A stretch of DNA of 64,000 nt from Nitrospiria bacterium. Its GTDB lineage: Bacteria > Nitrospirota > Nitrospiria > Nitrospirales > NS-4. The stretch lies in NCBI GenBank assembly GCA_041490525.1, contig JBGPTH010000002.1, positions 67,214 to 131,213 of the forward strand. The letters run 5' to 3'. The notes under the pieces were generated by a model, which was given only the letters and a program-made list of their open reading frames with translations, was not told the origin of the DNA and searched no databases. Shown one piece after another: positions 1 to 9,056 of this stretch. Position numbers and translations under genes: made by a program. Each line of letters begins with the position of its first letter. The first letter of the stretch is position 1.

Positions 1-20
1 GGTTCGCTCCCCACCAGGCC

Positions 21-431
21 TCACCCAACGCCGAGGGCTTTGGCCGCCTTTTTCACGTCTCGGGGCTTGACGAAGAGGAGGGCTCCGTAGCGGCCGGCCC
101 CCGCGCAAACGGCCTGGAGCGCGGTGATGTTGATCTTGGCGTCGGCGAGCGTGGCCATGAGCTCGGCACCGGCTCCGGGGCGATCGTCCCCTTCCACGAG
201 AAAGCAGGCCTTGGGCCCCTGGATCTTCAGTTTGGCCTGCTTGGCTGCGGCCTTGAAAGCCACGGGGTCTGAGGCTACGAAATCGAGCTGAGCGCGGCGG
301 TTCCGGGGGAAACCGGAGAAGGCCAGGAGGTTCACGCCGGCGGCGCGGAGCAGGCCGAGCGCGCGGGCGCCTTCGCCGGGCTTGTCCTGGGTCGTCATCT
401 TGAAGTATTGCGCAATACGAATGGTATCCAT
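21..431 (-). CDS. small regulatory-domain (ACT-like) protein, hypothetical
   Basis: 136-aa ORF with an ATG start. It has two repeated beta-alpha-beta-like segments (GVNLLAFSG..., INITALQAV...). The family call is from memory only. Confidence 0.5.
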   Translation of the reverse strand: MDTIRIAQYFKMTTQDKPGEGARALGLLRAAGVNLLAFSGFPRNRRAQLDFVASDPVAFKAAAKQAKLKIQGPKACFLVEGDDRPGAGAELMATLADAKINITALQAVCAGAGRYGALLFVKPRDVKKAAKALGVG

Positions 432-515
432 GGTTCCATCCTCCTCTCTCGAGCCCGCACAGTGGGGCGTGATTCATAAAATAATGAAGCGTCCGAGCCC
501 TCGACCGATCCGCGG

Positions 516-1511
516 TCAGGCGGCCGTCAGGTACCCGTTCTCCCTGAACCAGGCGAGCGCATCCCGAATGGCGGTCTCGACCGGATTCCGGGGATAGCCC
601 AACTCACGAATCCCTTTGGCGCAGTCATACTGCTGCATGTGCTTGAGCATTTCCACAAAGAACCCGGGGACCGGCGCGGGCTTTCGAAGCACGGTACGAA
701 AGGCCCAGTCCCCAAGCTTTGATCCGTACCGTGCCAGCTCGAACGGGACTTGCGCCACCGGGCCTCTCACTCCAGCCATGCGCGCGATCAAGGTGTTCAG
801 CTCCTTCTGGGTCGTGTTCCAGTTCCCCAGAATATACCGCTCGCCCACTCTGCCCCGTTCAGCCGCTCGGATCAGGCCGGCAGCCACGTCCCGGACGTCG
901 ATCGCGTTGACCGGCCCCTGGACGTACGCGGGCATTTGGCCCCGGGCGATCATCAAAATCAGAGTGCCGCTCGTGGGCTTGCGGTCGTAGGGGCCATAGA
1001 AGGCGGTGGGATTCACCACCACCGCCGGAACGCCCTCCCGGGCGGCCTCCAGGACCGCCGTCTCCATCGCAGCCTTGGCCATGAGATAGGGGTTGTTCGG
1101 AAACAGGGATACGAACGGGCAGTCCTCGTTCGCGAGTTGATCGGGATCAGCGGGAAACCCGATCGTCGTCAGGGTGCTGGTGAACACGAGCCGGTCCACC
1201 GACCCACGCCGCACCGCGGTAAGCAGAATCCGCGTCTCAGCCAGGGCCTGGGTGGTGGCGGCCTCAACCGGAATCGTCCCCGGCGGGTAGTAACTGGCGC
1301 ACTGGTACACCACCCGCACGCCGGCACAGGCCCGGCTCAGCGAGGCGGCGTCCTGGAGGTCCCCCTGGACACGCTCGACCTGCAACCCTTTCAACGTGAG
1401 CACATTGCTGGATGGGCGGACCAGCGCGCGAACGTCGTCGCCTTTGGCCAGCAACGCCCGCACCAGGTTCGACCCGAGGAATCCCGTCGCGCCCAACACT
1501 AAGGCCTTCAT
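516..1511 (-). CDS. NAD-dependent epimerase/dehydratase (SDR family, HpnA-like / dihydroflavonol-reductase-like)
   Basis: 331 aa with the N-terminal Rossmann motif GATGFLGSNLVRALL. Overall resemblance to sugar epimerases, including the hopanoid-associated HpnA. It has a 4-nt overlap with the upstream gene. Confidence 0.8.
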   Translation of the reverse strand: MKALVLGATGFLGSNLVRALLAKGDDVRALVRPSSNVLTLKGLQVERVQGDLQDAASLSRACAGVRVVYQCASYYPPGTIPVEAATTQALAETRILLTAVRRGSVDRLVFTSTLTTIGFPADPDQLANEDCPFVSLFPNNPYLMAKAAMETAVLEAAREGVPAVVVNPTAFYGPYDRKPTSGTLILMIARGQMPAYVQGPVNAIDVRDVAAGLIRAAERGRVGERYILGNWNTTQKELNTLIARMAGVRGPVAQVPFELARYGSKLGDWAFRTVLRKPAPVPGFFVEMLKHMQQYDCAKGIRELGYPRNPVETAIRDALAWFRENGYLTAA

Positions 1512-2542
1512 CGTTGCTCCGCCACCGGCTTCTCGACGCCGGCGAACTCCTCCCGCGCCTCCTGATGGAGGAGGTCTCCCTCCCCCGTATAGCGGGGGGA
1601 AAAGTGAAACACCACGAGTTCCCGGACGCCGGCTTTTCGGGCCAGGCGGCCGGCCTGCCGGGCCGTCAGATGGTGCCGCTCCTGCGCCTTGTCGGCATCC
1701 CGGTCCAAATAGGGGGCTTCGCAGTAGAACACGTCCGCCTCATGGGCCAGCTCGATGATCTTGGCCTCGTTCTCCTCGTCGTAGCGGGCGTCCACCACAT
1801 AGGCGATCTTTTGCCCGCGGGAGATCGTCACGAACCGGTCCCGCACGTCGCCCAGCACGAACTCCCGCTCCTCCTTGCGGTGCTCGAAGTACAAGGTGGT
1901 GGTGAACCGAAAATCATCGGGCCGGCCGTCCCAGAGGTGCTGCTTGACCTCCTTCAGCCACGAGCCGACTGGAAGCCCGACGGCGCGCAGCCGTTCCTTG
2001 TTGATGTTGACGTGAAACTTTTCCTGCAGCGCATAGGCGAAGGACGGAACGCGGTGGTTCAGCGGTGTGGCAAAGACCGTGAACATGGGGTCCACCAGCA
2101 CCGGAAACGGCTCGCCGGCCGGCCGAATTTCAGGAGGACCCTCCAGGGGAATAAACCCGTCCGTGGCGCGGAAGAGGACCGAGCGGACCTGGCGGGGATG
2201 GAACTCGCGCACCTCGATGGTCAGGGGATAGCCTTCCACCAGGTTCCAGGTATAGCCCTGCAGCTTCCCGGTGACATTGGCGGCCAATCCCGGCGGGCCG
2301 TAGAGACGCAGGGCCTTCCCCCGGCCGAGCGCCACCCGTAACAGGGGATCGAATCCGATGAAGTGGTCCATGTGCGTGTGTGACACGAACACCTCACCGG
2401 CGCGCAACAAGCGCGTCGGTCCCAGGGCGTCGTTCTCGCCCAGGTCGAAGAGGAGCGCGCGCCGGGCCCATCTGATCTCGACATACAGGCCGGGATCGCC
2501 GAACGGAGGGTTCACCAGATAGCTGGAAAATGAAGGCGTCAT
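1508..2542 (-). CDS. MBL-fold metallo-hydrolase (RNase Z-like)
   Basis: 344 aa with the metallo-beta-lactamase signature HTHMDH. The length and layout fit RNase Z-like MBL proteins. Confidence 0.75.
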   Translation of the reverse strand: MTPSFSSYLVNPPFGDPGLYVEIRWARRALLFDLGENDALGPTRLLRAGEVFVSHTHMDHFIGFDPLLRVALGRGKALRLYGPPGLAANVTGKLQGYTWNLVEGYPLTIEVREFHPRQVRSVLFRATDGFIPLEGPPEIRPAGEPFPVLVDPMFTVFATPLNHRVPSFAYALQEKFHVNINKERLRAVGLPVGSWLKEVKQHLWDGRPDDFRFTTTLYFEHRKEEREFVLGDVRDRFVTISRGQKIAYVVDARYDEENEAKIIELAHEADVFYCEAPYLDRDADKAQERHHLTARQAGRLARKAGVRELVVFHFSPRYTGEGDLLHQEAREEFAGVEKPVAEQR

Positions 2543-2679
2543 GCAAAGGCAGCCTTAATGACGAGTATCATGATCGTCCCGGTCCATAAAATCAATCGGC
2601 GAGGACAGGCTGTCGTTTCGGATGATTCACGGCCGGCGGGCTCGTAAACCATGATGACCTGCCTCGGAACAGGAGGGAG

Positions 2680-3615
2680 TTACGCCCCCACGCGGGCGTT
2701 CTTGAGCGCGATCGCCACGCTGCGCTGGAGTCCTTCACGGGTGGCGCGGCGGACGGGGCTGGCGTGGAAGGTGGCCCGAAACTCCTCTTCGGTCTGGTTG
2801 GCGAGGGTGTCCAGGTCCGGATTGAGGGTCATCGGCGTGGCTCGGAACGCCGGTTCTGCGGTCTCCGTTGCCTGGTGGTTGTAAGGGCACACGTCCAGGC
2901 ATTCGTCGCAACCGAAGATCTGGTTCGCCAGCGCCTTATGAAATTCCTCTGAAATCGCCCCCTTGTGCTCGATGGTGAGATAGGACAAGCACCGCCTCGA
3001 ATCCACCACATAGGGCTCGGTAATGGCCCCGGTGGGGCAGGCCCGGATGCAGAGCGTGCAGGTGCCGCAGAGATCAGCCCCCGGCTCATCCGGGGTCAAA
3101 TCCGCCGTCGTTACCACCTCACCCAACAGCAGCCAGGATCCGTACTCTCCGGAGACGAGGTTCGAGTGTTTGCCGATCCAGCCCAGGCCGGACCGCTGGG
3201 CCCAGGCCTTCTCCATGACAGGCCCCGTATCCACATAGGCCAGGCTCCGGGAGTCCGGCGTCTCCGCCTGGAGGAACGCGACGAGCGACTCCAGGCGTTC
3301 GCCCAGAACGCGGTGGTAATCGGTCCCGCGGGCGTACCGGGCGATGCGGCCCTGTCCGGGATGGTCGTCCGGGCGATCCTCGGTGTAATAGTTCATCCCC
3401 ACGGAGACAATGGCCCGGATGCCCGGAAGCAGCAGGGCCGGATTCTTCCGTTTCGCGGCGGTGCGGCCCAGCCAATCCATCTCGCCGTGATTGCCTCGGG
3501 AGAGCCATTCGGTCAGACGGGGCGCCTCCGGACGGTCGGAGATGACGCGGCTGACGCCGACGGCCTGAAAGCCCAATTCGCGGGCCTTGAGCTTGACCCG
3601 GTCCGTGAGCGTCAT
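2680..3615 (-). CDS. queG: tRNA epoxyqueuosine(34) reductase
   Basis: 311 aa with two 4Fe-4S ferredoxin motifs (CGTCTLCIRACPTGA and CDECLDVCPYN) in the QueG arrangement. Confidence 0.85.
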   Translation of the reverse strand: MTLTDRVKLKARELGFQAVGVSRVISDRPEAPRLTEWLSRGNHGEMDWLGRTAAKRKNPALLLPGIRAIVSVGMNYYTEDRPDDHPGQGRIARYARGTDYHRVLGERLESLVAFLQAETPDSRSLAYVDTGPVMEKAWAQRSGLGWIGKHSNLVSGEYGSWLLLGEVVTTADLTPDEPGADLCGTCTLCIRACPTGAITEPYVVDSRRCLSYLTIEHKGAISEEFHKALANQIFGCDECLDVCPYNHQATETAEPAFRATPMTLNPDLDTLANQTEEEFRATFHASPVRRATREGLQRSVAIALKNARVGA

Positions 3616-3800
3616 GGCAAAGTGCCCCCGGGCCAGCCCTGGTTATCCATGGATGCCGTAGCGAGGCGGTCGAGACCGAAGCCTGCCATGGCTTCTCGCA
3701 AGTAAGGATGACGCAGGCGTACTCGCAGCAGTACGTCGAGGAAGCCGAACGAGAAAAGCCGTGCCGGGCGAGAGGATCGGACGACGCAGTAGGTATTCAT
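3612..3800 (-). CDS. hypothetical small basic protein (weak call)
   Basis: 62-aa ATG ORF packed tightly between neighbours. It starts 6 nt after the upstream stop and has an ATGA overlap with the queG start. GC3 is fairly high. There is no RBS and no recognisable domain. Confidence 0.3.
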   Translation of the reverse strand: MNTYCVVRSSRPARLFSFGFLDVLLRVRLRHPYLREAMAGFGLDRLATASMDNQGWPGGTLP

Positions 3801-3806
3801 GGGTAA

Positions 3807-4169
3807 TCAGGGCTGAGGACAATCAAAATACACGGTGAATTTGGCGCTGCACTGGCGGGCCTGGCACGTGCCGCACATGCCGGTGATCCGGGTCTTCCAG
3901 TCGGTCCGCTTGTCATCGAACCGGCAAGAGATGCCCGCGGACCTCTCGATGTCGGTCCAGCGAGTCTGGGTGGCCGTGTTAACGGCCACCTTGCAGGAGG
4001 GCGGGACCGGGACCTCGCACTGCCTGCCGCTCATGCCTTTTTTGATGCTTCCGATCTGGCACGAGCTTGATGTCTGCGTGTCGCGGCCGAGAGGCTGGGC
4101 ATCGGCCTGCATCGCGATGCCGACGACGCACAGGACAACTCCCGTCTTAAGGATGCGAGTCCATCGCAT
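3807..4169 (-). CDS. secreted cysteine-rich hypothetical protein
   Basis: Internal ATG at 4169 (MRWTRILKTGVVLCVVGIAMQADA) gives a signal peptide followed by about 95 aa with 9 Cys. The 108 codons upstream in the same ORF are Arg/Gly/Asp-rich, overlap the PolX start region, and were not accepted. Confidence 0.45.
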   Translation of the reverse strand: MRWTRILKTGVVLCVVGIAMQADAQPLGRDTQTSSSCQIGSIKKGMSGRQCEVPVPPSCKVAVNTATQTRWTDIERSAGISCRFDDKRTDWKTRITGMCGTCQARQCSAKFTVYFDCPQP

Positions 4170-4253
4170 GGGCGCTATCCTAGCAGTCCCGAGGGGAGGG
4201 CGCAACGCCGCCCCCTGCGCATTCTCTCCTTGGCATGATAGACTGCCTCCGTC

Positions 4254-5939
4254 ATGATGACCAAGCGCGAGATTGCAGGCATCCTGGAGGAGATTGCGTT
4301 CTTCCTGGAGTTGAAGGGCGAGAACCTCTTCAAGGTCAAGGCCTATGCGAACGCCGCACGGGTGATCGAAAGCCTCCCCGAGGAGCCGGCTGTCCTCGTG
4401 CAGAAGGGTCTTCTCGCCAGCGTGAAGGGAATCGGCCCGACCCTTGCCGGCACGGTCTCCGAACTCGTCACCACGGGAGTCTCGACCCTGCACCAGGAGT
4501 TGAAAGCCTCGTTCCCTGCGGGTGTCCAGGAGATCGCCGAGATCCCGGGTCTCGGTCCCAAGAAGATCAAGGCCATTTACGATCAGTTGAACGTCGGGTC
4601 GATTGGGGAACTCGAATACGCCTGCATCGAAAATCGGCTCGTGGGCTTACCAGGGTTCGGCGCCAAGACCCAGGAGAAGATTCTGGCCGGCATCCGCCAG
4701 CTCAAGCGGCGTCAAGGGTTTCACCTCTATGCGAACGTGATCGAAGAGGCCGACCGCATCCTGGAGGCCGTGCGCGCCATGGCGGGCGTCACCCGGGCCG
4801 ATCTGGCCGGGGAGATTCGCCGCCGGGTTGAGATCGTTCAGAGCATTGCGCTGGTGGTGGCCGGAGCGAAGCCGCCGGCATTGCTGGAAGCCCTGCGAGC
4901 GGTGCCGGACACGACGCAAGTGGAGTACCTTCCCGAGTCGTCCAGCATCAGCGCCCGATCGCCCCAGGGGCTTCCGGTGAGCATCAAAGTATGCAGCACC
5001 GAGGACTCTGGCCTTGCGCTGTGGCTTGGGACAGGCAATCCAGAGCATGTCGAGGCGGTCCGGCAGCGGGTGCGGGCGGGGACGATGCCGAAGGCGCAGA
5101 CCGAGGAGGCCGTCTATGCCGCCGCGGGCCTCCCGTACATTCCGCCGGAGCTGCGCGAGGGCCACGGCGAGATCGCGCTGGCCGAAACGGGGAACCTGCC
5201 GGTCCTGATAGAAGCCGGCCAGATCCAGGGCATTTTCCACAATCACACCATCTACAGCGACGGTTCAGCCACGCTGGAGCAGATGGTCGAGTCGGCCCGA
5301 GCCCTCGGGTATCGCTACATCGGGATCTCCGACCACAGCCAATCGGCCTTTTACGCCAACGGCCTCAAAGAGGATCGCATCCGGGCGCAGCACGCTGAAA
5401 TCGTCGCAGTCCAGAAGAAATGCGGCGGCATCCGGATCTTCAAAGGCATCGAAGCCGACATTCTGGTGGATGGCGCGATGGATTACCCAGACGAGGTTCT
5501 GGCCGGCTTCGATTTCGTGATCGCTTCCGTGCACAGCCGCTTCAATCTGTCCGAGGAGGACCAGACCCGGCGCATCTGCCGGGCCTTGGCCAACCCGTAC
5601 GTCACCATGCTGGGGCATCCTACCGGTCGGTTGCTGCTGTCGCGGGACGGGTACCGGGTGGACATGCGGAAGGTGCTGGACACCGCGGCCGAGCACGGGA
5701 AGATCGTGGAGATCAACGCCAATCCCCACCGGCTCGATCTCGATTGGCGCCTCTGCGCCTATGCGAAGGAAAAGGGCGTCCGGTTCAGCATCAACCCCGA
5801 CGCCCACAGCACGGACGGACTCGCGGTGGTCCCCTTCGGCGTCAACGTGGCCCGCAAAGGCGGCGTCACTGCCGCGGATGTCGTCAACACACTGCCAGTG
5901 GAAGCCATGGCGTCCCGTCTGCAAGCCATGAAGCCATAA
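4254..5939 (+). CDS. polX: DNA polymerase X family protein with C-terminal PHP phosphoesterase domain (PolX)
   Basis: 561 aa. The N-terminal half has helix-hairpin-helix motifs (GIGPTLA, IPGLGPKKI, LPGFGAKTQ). The C-terminal PHP motifs are HNHTIYSDG, SDHS, SVHS and LGHPTGR. Confidence 0.85.
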   Translation: MMTKREIAGILEEIAFFLELKGENLFKVKAYANAARVIESLPEEPAVLVQKGLLASVKGIGPTLAGTVSELVTTGVSTLHQELKASFPAGVQEIAEIPGLGPKKIKAIYDQLNVGSIGELEYACIENRLVGLPGFGAKTQEKILAGIRQLKRRQGFHLYANVIEEADRILEAVRAMAGVTRADLAGEIRRRVEIVQSIALVVAGAKPPALLEALRAVPDTTQVEYLPESSSISARSPQGLPVSIKVCSTEDSGLALWLGTGNPEHVEAVRQRVRAGTMPKAQTEEAVYAAAGLPYIPPELREGHGEIALAETGNLPVLIEAGQIQGIFHNHTIYSDGSATLEQMVESARALGYRYIGISDHSQSAFYANGLKEDRIRAQHAEIVAVQKKCGGIRIFKGIEADILVDGAMDYPDEVLAGFDFVIASVHSRFNLSEEDQTRRICRALANPYVTMLGHPTGRLLLSRDGYRVDMRKVLDTAAEHGKIVEINANPHRLDLDWRLCAYAKEKGVRFSINPDAHSTDGLAVVPFGVNVARKGGVTAADVVNTLPVEAMASRLQAMKP

Positions 5940-6111
5940 TCGCCGAAGATCGCGGGTCCTGTCGCCGCATTACCCTGACGTGCTCGCGCTCCGCCAAGGG
6001 CAAGCAAGTCGCGCTGTGCTCCGCCAGGGTCCCATTCGGCGCCACCCGCTGCTTTATGCCGCTTGACAGGTCCTCAGCAGCAGCCTAGCCTAATCGTCAG
6101 CTATTAAGATG

Positions 6112-6133
6112 AGGTTCGAGTCCTGTCCGGGGA
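6112..6133 (+). repeat. orphan copy of the 3' end of tRNA-Asn (T-loop plus 3' acceptor strand)
   Basis: aggttcgagtcctgtccgggga matches tRNA-Asn 26519-26540 (aggttcgagtcctgcccgggga) at 21 of 22 positions. No matching 5' acceptor strand or D/anticodon arms lie upstream. Confidence 0.7.
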
Positions 6134-6171
6134 TAGATCAATTTTTGTCCTTAAGTTAGTGGGGACATCTG

Positions 6172-6672
6172 GTGTGGCTTCTTTATAAGTTACTTGCCGT
6201 TACCGCTTTGGTTTTGTTGGGCGCGCCATCCTTTGCGGCGGAATGCCTTCCTCTGCCTAATAAAGTGGAGAAACTGATTAAGGCCTACGCTGATGAGATT
6301 CGTGGGGCTGAATATTGTAAATTTCGGAAAGTGGCGCGTGGCGATATTGATGCGGACGGAGTTGAGGACCTGGCAGTAGTTTTTACTGTCGAAGGTGCTT
6401 GCAACGATGACAAAGAAACTACTCCGGGAGCCTGCGGGAATCATCACGAGTCATTTATGATGGTCTTTCTTGGCAAGTCTCTGAAAAAAGTGCCTAGGCT
6501 AGAGGTTGGCTCTAGGGGTGTAAGGGCAATAACTTCGATTGAGATCGTTAATGAGGCTGTTGCGGCTGAAACCTTAGCATACGGAAGCGATGATGCTCAG
6601 TGCTGTCCGTCGGTAAAAGGGAACGCAGCCTTCATCCTGAAAAAAGGTGTTCTGACCGAGAAGCGTCAATAA
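6172..6672 (+). CDS. secreted hypothetical protein (AT-rich islet)
   Basis: 166 aa with a GTG start and signal peptide LLAVTALVLLGAPSFAAE. It contains several Cys. The composition is visibly AT-richer than the flanking genes. No family was recognised. Confidence 0.5.
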   Translation: MWLLYKLLAVTALVLLGAPSFAAECLPLPNKVEKLIKAYADEIRGAEYCKFRKVARGDIDADGVEDLAVVFTVEGACNDDKETTPGACGNHHESFMMVFLGKSLKKVPRLEVGSRGVRAITSIEIVNEAVAAETLAYGSDDAQCCPSVKGNAAFILKKGVLTEKRQ

Positions 6673-6716
6673 CTATGCGAGATGAGGCGGGGGAGGTTAA
6701 TGGGCAGCCTACTTTG

Positions 6717-6764
6717 TTCTCGGGACCTCGAATCGCAAGGTTCGAAAAGCGTACAGGCCGGGGA
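6717..6764 (+). repeat. 48-nt tRNA-like repeat, copy A
   Basis: ttctcgggacctcgaatcgcaaggttcgaaaagcgtacaggccgggga. It is collinear with copies B-F and sits 44 nt after the stop of the preceding ORF. Confidence 0.75.
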
Positions 6765-6818
6765 GTCACTTTTTTTGTCTCAGGTGAGAGTGTGAAGGCC
6801 GTATTCAAAAATATTTTT

Positions 6819-7052
6819 ATGGGAGTGGGTTCGATAATTATCGCTGGAGTATTTTCGATATTTATTGGGGCCGTATGGACGATGTCTATTCTTTCATTGC
6901 AGGATAGTAGCGTCTCCATGCTACAGACGCTAGCCGAATTCTTAAAAGATTTGTGGTTCATAGGCTATCTACTGTTTGGTCTATTTATCATCGCAGTGTA
7001 TCGAACCTTTTTGTGCTTTTTTGATGTGGAAAAGGGAAAAGAAGCGGGCTAA
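6819..7052 (+). CDS. small membrane protein, hypothetical (weak)
   Basis: 77 aa counted from the ATG at 6819, with two hydrophobic helices (GSIIIAGVFSIFIGAVW and FIGYLLFGLFIIAVY). It is AT-rich, and the 5' part of the longer ORF runs through repeat A. Confidence 0.3.
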   Translation: MGVGSIIIAGVFSIFIGAVWTMSILSLQDSSVSMLQTLAEFLKDLWFIGYLLFGLFIIAVYRTFLCFFDVEKGKEAG

Positions 7053-7059
7053 GCGGGCG

Positions 7060-7853
7060 ATGATCATCAAGGACAACGAATCGGTCGATATCCAGACGCC
7101 AACCGGGGCCATGCGCACGTACATATTCAGGCCTGCGATGGAGGGGCGTTATCCGGGCCTGCTCCTGTACTCGGAGATCTTCCAGGTCACGGGGCCGATC
7201 CGGCGCACCGCGGCGTTGATGGCAAGCCACGGATTCATCGTGGCGGTGCCGGAGATTTACCACGAGCTGGAGCCGGCCGGCACGGTGCTGGCCTACGACG
7301 AGGCCGGCGCCGAGCGGGGCAACAAACACAAGATTGCCAAGGAGCTATCGAGCTATGACGGCGACGCGCGGGCGGCCCTGGACTACCTCAAGGCCTCGCC
7401 GCATTGCACCGGCAAGCTGGGCGTGATGGGAATTTGCATCGGGGGCACCTGGCGTTCCGCGCGGCCATGAATCCCGACGTGCTGGCCGCCACCTGTTTCT
7501 ACGCGACCGACATCCATAAGCGCGGACTGGGGAAGGGCACGCACGACAACACTCTGGACCGGATCGGCGAGATCAGGGGCGAGATGCTGATGATCTGGGG
7601 ACGGCAGGACCCGCACATCCCCCGCGAAGGGCGCGCGCTCATCTACAACGCCATGAGCGACGTCGGCCTGCACTTCCAATGGCACGAGTTCAACGCCGCG
7701 CACGCGTTCATCCGCGACGAGGGGCCCCGGTACGATCCGGCCGCGGCGCAAATCTGCTACGGCATGGCGTTGGAATTGTTCAGGCGGAGGCTGGGTGAAG
7801 GCGATGTGCGGTCTGAGCGTCCGGCCGCCGGACACACCGAGACCAAGCACTGA
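7060..7853 (+). pseudogene. dienelactone hydrolase family protein, interrupted by a 1-nt frameshift in a G5 run
   Basis: Two overlapping ORFs (7060-7470 and 7404-7853) together make one alpha/beta hydrolase. The nucleophile motif GICIGG is followed in the other frame by HLAFRAAMNP. The frames switch at ggggg 7441-7445. Confidence 0.7.
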
Positions 7854-7868
7854 GGGGACGCCCTTCTC

Positions 7869-9032
7869 CTACTCCGGAAACTTGAACTCGCGCAGCTCCA
7901 TCTTCTCCAGCGCCTGTTTGACCAACCCATAAACGTCCAGGCGGGACTCGGCTCTGCGGACGTCTTCCAGCTTCGCCTGCGTGGCCGGATGGGGAGGCAT
8001 GAACAGCCGGCAGCAGTCCTGGTCCGGCTCGATCGAAGTTTCGTACGTCCCGATCTTCTGCGCCTGCTCCGTGATCTCCACCTTGTCCATGCCGATCAGC
8101 GGGCGCAGGAAGGGCAGGGTGGCGGCTTCATCGATGACTGTGATGTTGCCCGCCGTCTGAGAGGCCACCTGGCCGAGGCTGTCGCCCGTCACCAGCGCCC
8201 AGCATTTGTTGGCCCTGCCGATCTCTTCCGCAATCCGGACCATGAGCCTCCGGTAGAGCACGACCCGCAGCGGGGCCGGCGCCATGAGGACGACCTGCCG
8301 CTGGATCTCCCCGAAGGGGACCAAGTACAAACGGGAATAGTATTGGTGGCGGGTGAGGCGGTGGGCCAGCTCTTCGGCCTTTTCTGCGGAGGCTCGGCTG
8401 ACGAACGGATGGCCGTGGAAATGAATGAAGACGGCCCGGCACCCCCGCTTCATCATGCGATAGGCCGCGACCGGCGAGTCGATGCCGCCCGACAGCAGAC
8501 ACGCCACCTTGCCCGACATGCCCACAGGCAGGCCCCCGGCTCCGGGGAACCGTTCGCAATAGTAGTAGGCCCCCGCGCCCATGATCTCGATGAAGATGGT
8601 GAGCTCGGGGTCTCCCAGGCTCACGTGGGCTCCCGTGCGCGCCACGACTGCCGCGCCCACCTGGCGGTTCACGTCCAAGGAAGTCAGCGGATAGGCCTTG
8701 TCGGCCCTCTTGGCGGTGACGCGGAAGGTGTGAAACGAGAGACCCTGGACCGCCTCGCAGACCGCCGCCGACATCGCCTCGATGTCGCTGGAGACGTACC
8801 GGGCCGCAGCGAAGTTCGCGAGACCGAAGGTGTCCTCCAGCCGGGATTTGATCGGCACCCATCGTGAGAGGTCCTCCAGGGAAATCCGAATCCGGCCGGC
8901 CAGGCTTTCGACCTGCCGGACGCCGAGTCCCCGCAAGCCTTCCCGGAGATTCCGCACGAGCCGGTCCACGAGGAACGCCCGGTTGCGTCCCTTCAAGGCG
9001 AGTTCATGATAGTGGGCGATGACGTAGTGCAC
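7869..9032 (-). CDS. thiI: tRNA 4-thiouridine(8) synthase ThiI (short form, no rhodanese domain)
   Basis: 387 aa with a THUMP-type N-terminus and the PP-loop motif SGGIDSPVAAY. Confidence 0.85.
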   Translation of the reverse strand: MHYVIAHYHELALKGRNRAFLVDRLVRNLREGLRGLGVRQVESLAGRIRISLEDLSRWVPIKSRLEDTFGLANFAAARYVSSDIEAMSAAVCEAVQGLSFHTFRVTAKRADKAYPLTSLDVNRQVGAAVVARTGAHVSLGDPELTIFIEIMGAGAYYYCERFPGAGGLPVGMSGKVACLLSGGIDSPVAAYRMMKRGCRAVFIHFHGHPFVSRASAEKAEELAHRLTRHQYYSRLYLVPFGEIQRQVVLMAPAPLRVVLYRRLMVRIAEEIGRANKCWALVTGDSLGQVASQTAGNITVIDEAATLPFLRPLIGMDKVEITEQAQKIGTYETSIEPDQDCCRLFMPPHPATQAKLEDVRRAESRLDVYGLVKQALEKMELREFKFPE

Positions 9033-9056
9033 GTGCGGTCAGCCTGGGCCGGGGGA

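Noticed and set aside
1-20. The window starts with ggttcgctccccaccaggcc, a T-loop-like GGTTCG motif that could be the 3' end of a tRNA or another copy of the repeat.
   Set aside because: It is cut by the window edge. Only 20 nt are visible and there is no CCA or acceptor pairing to evaluate.
3807-4493. The full 228-aa ORF on the minus strand upstream of queG.
   Set aside because: The first 108 codons are Arg/Gly/Asp/Leu-rich and overlap the PolX start region. An internal ATG at 4169 gives a clean signal peptide, so only 3807-4169 was kept.
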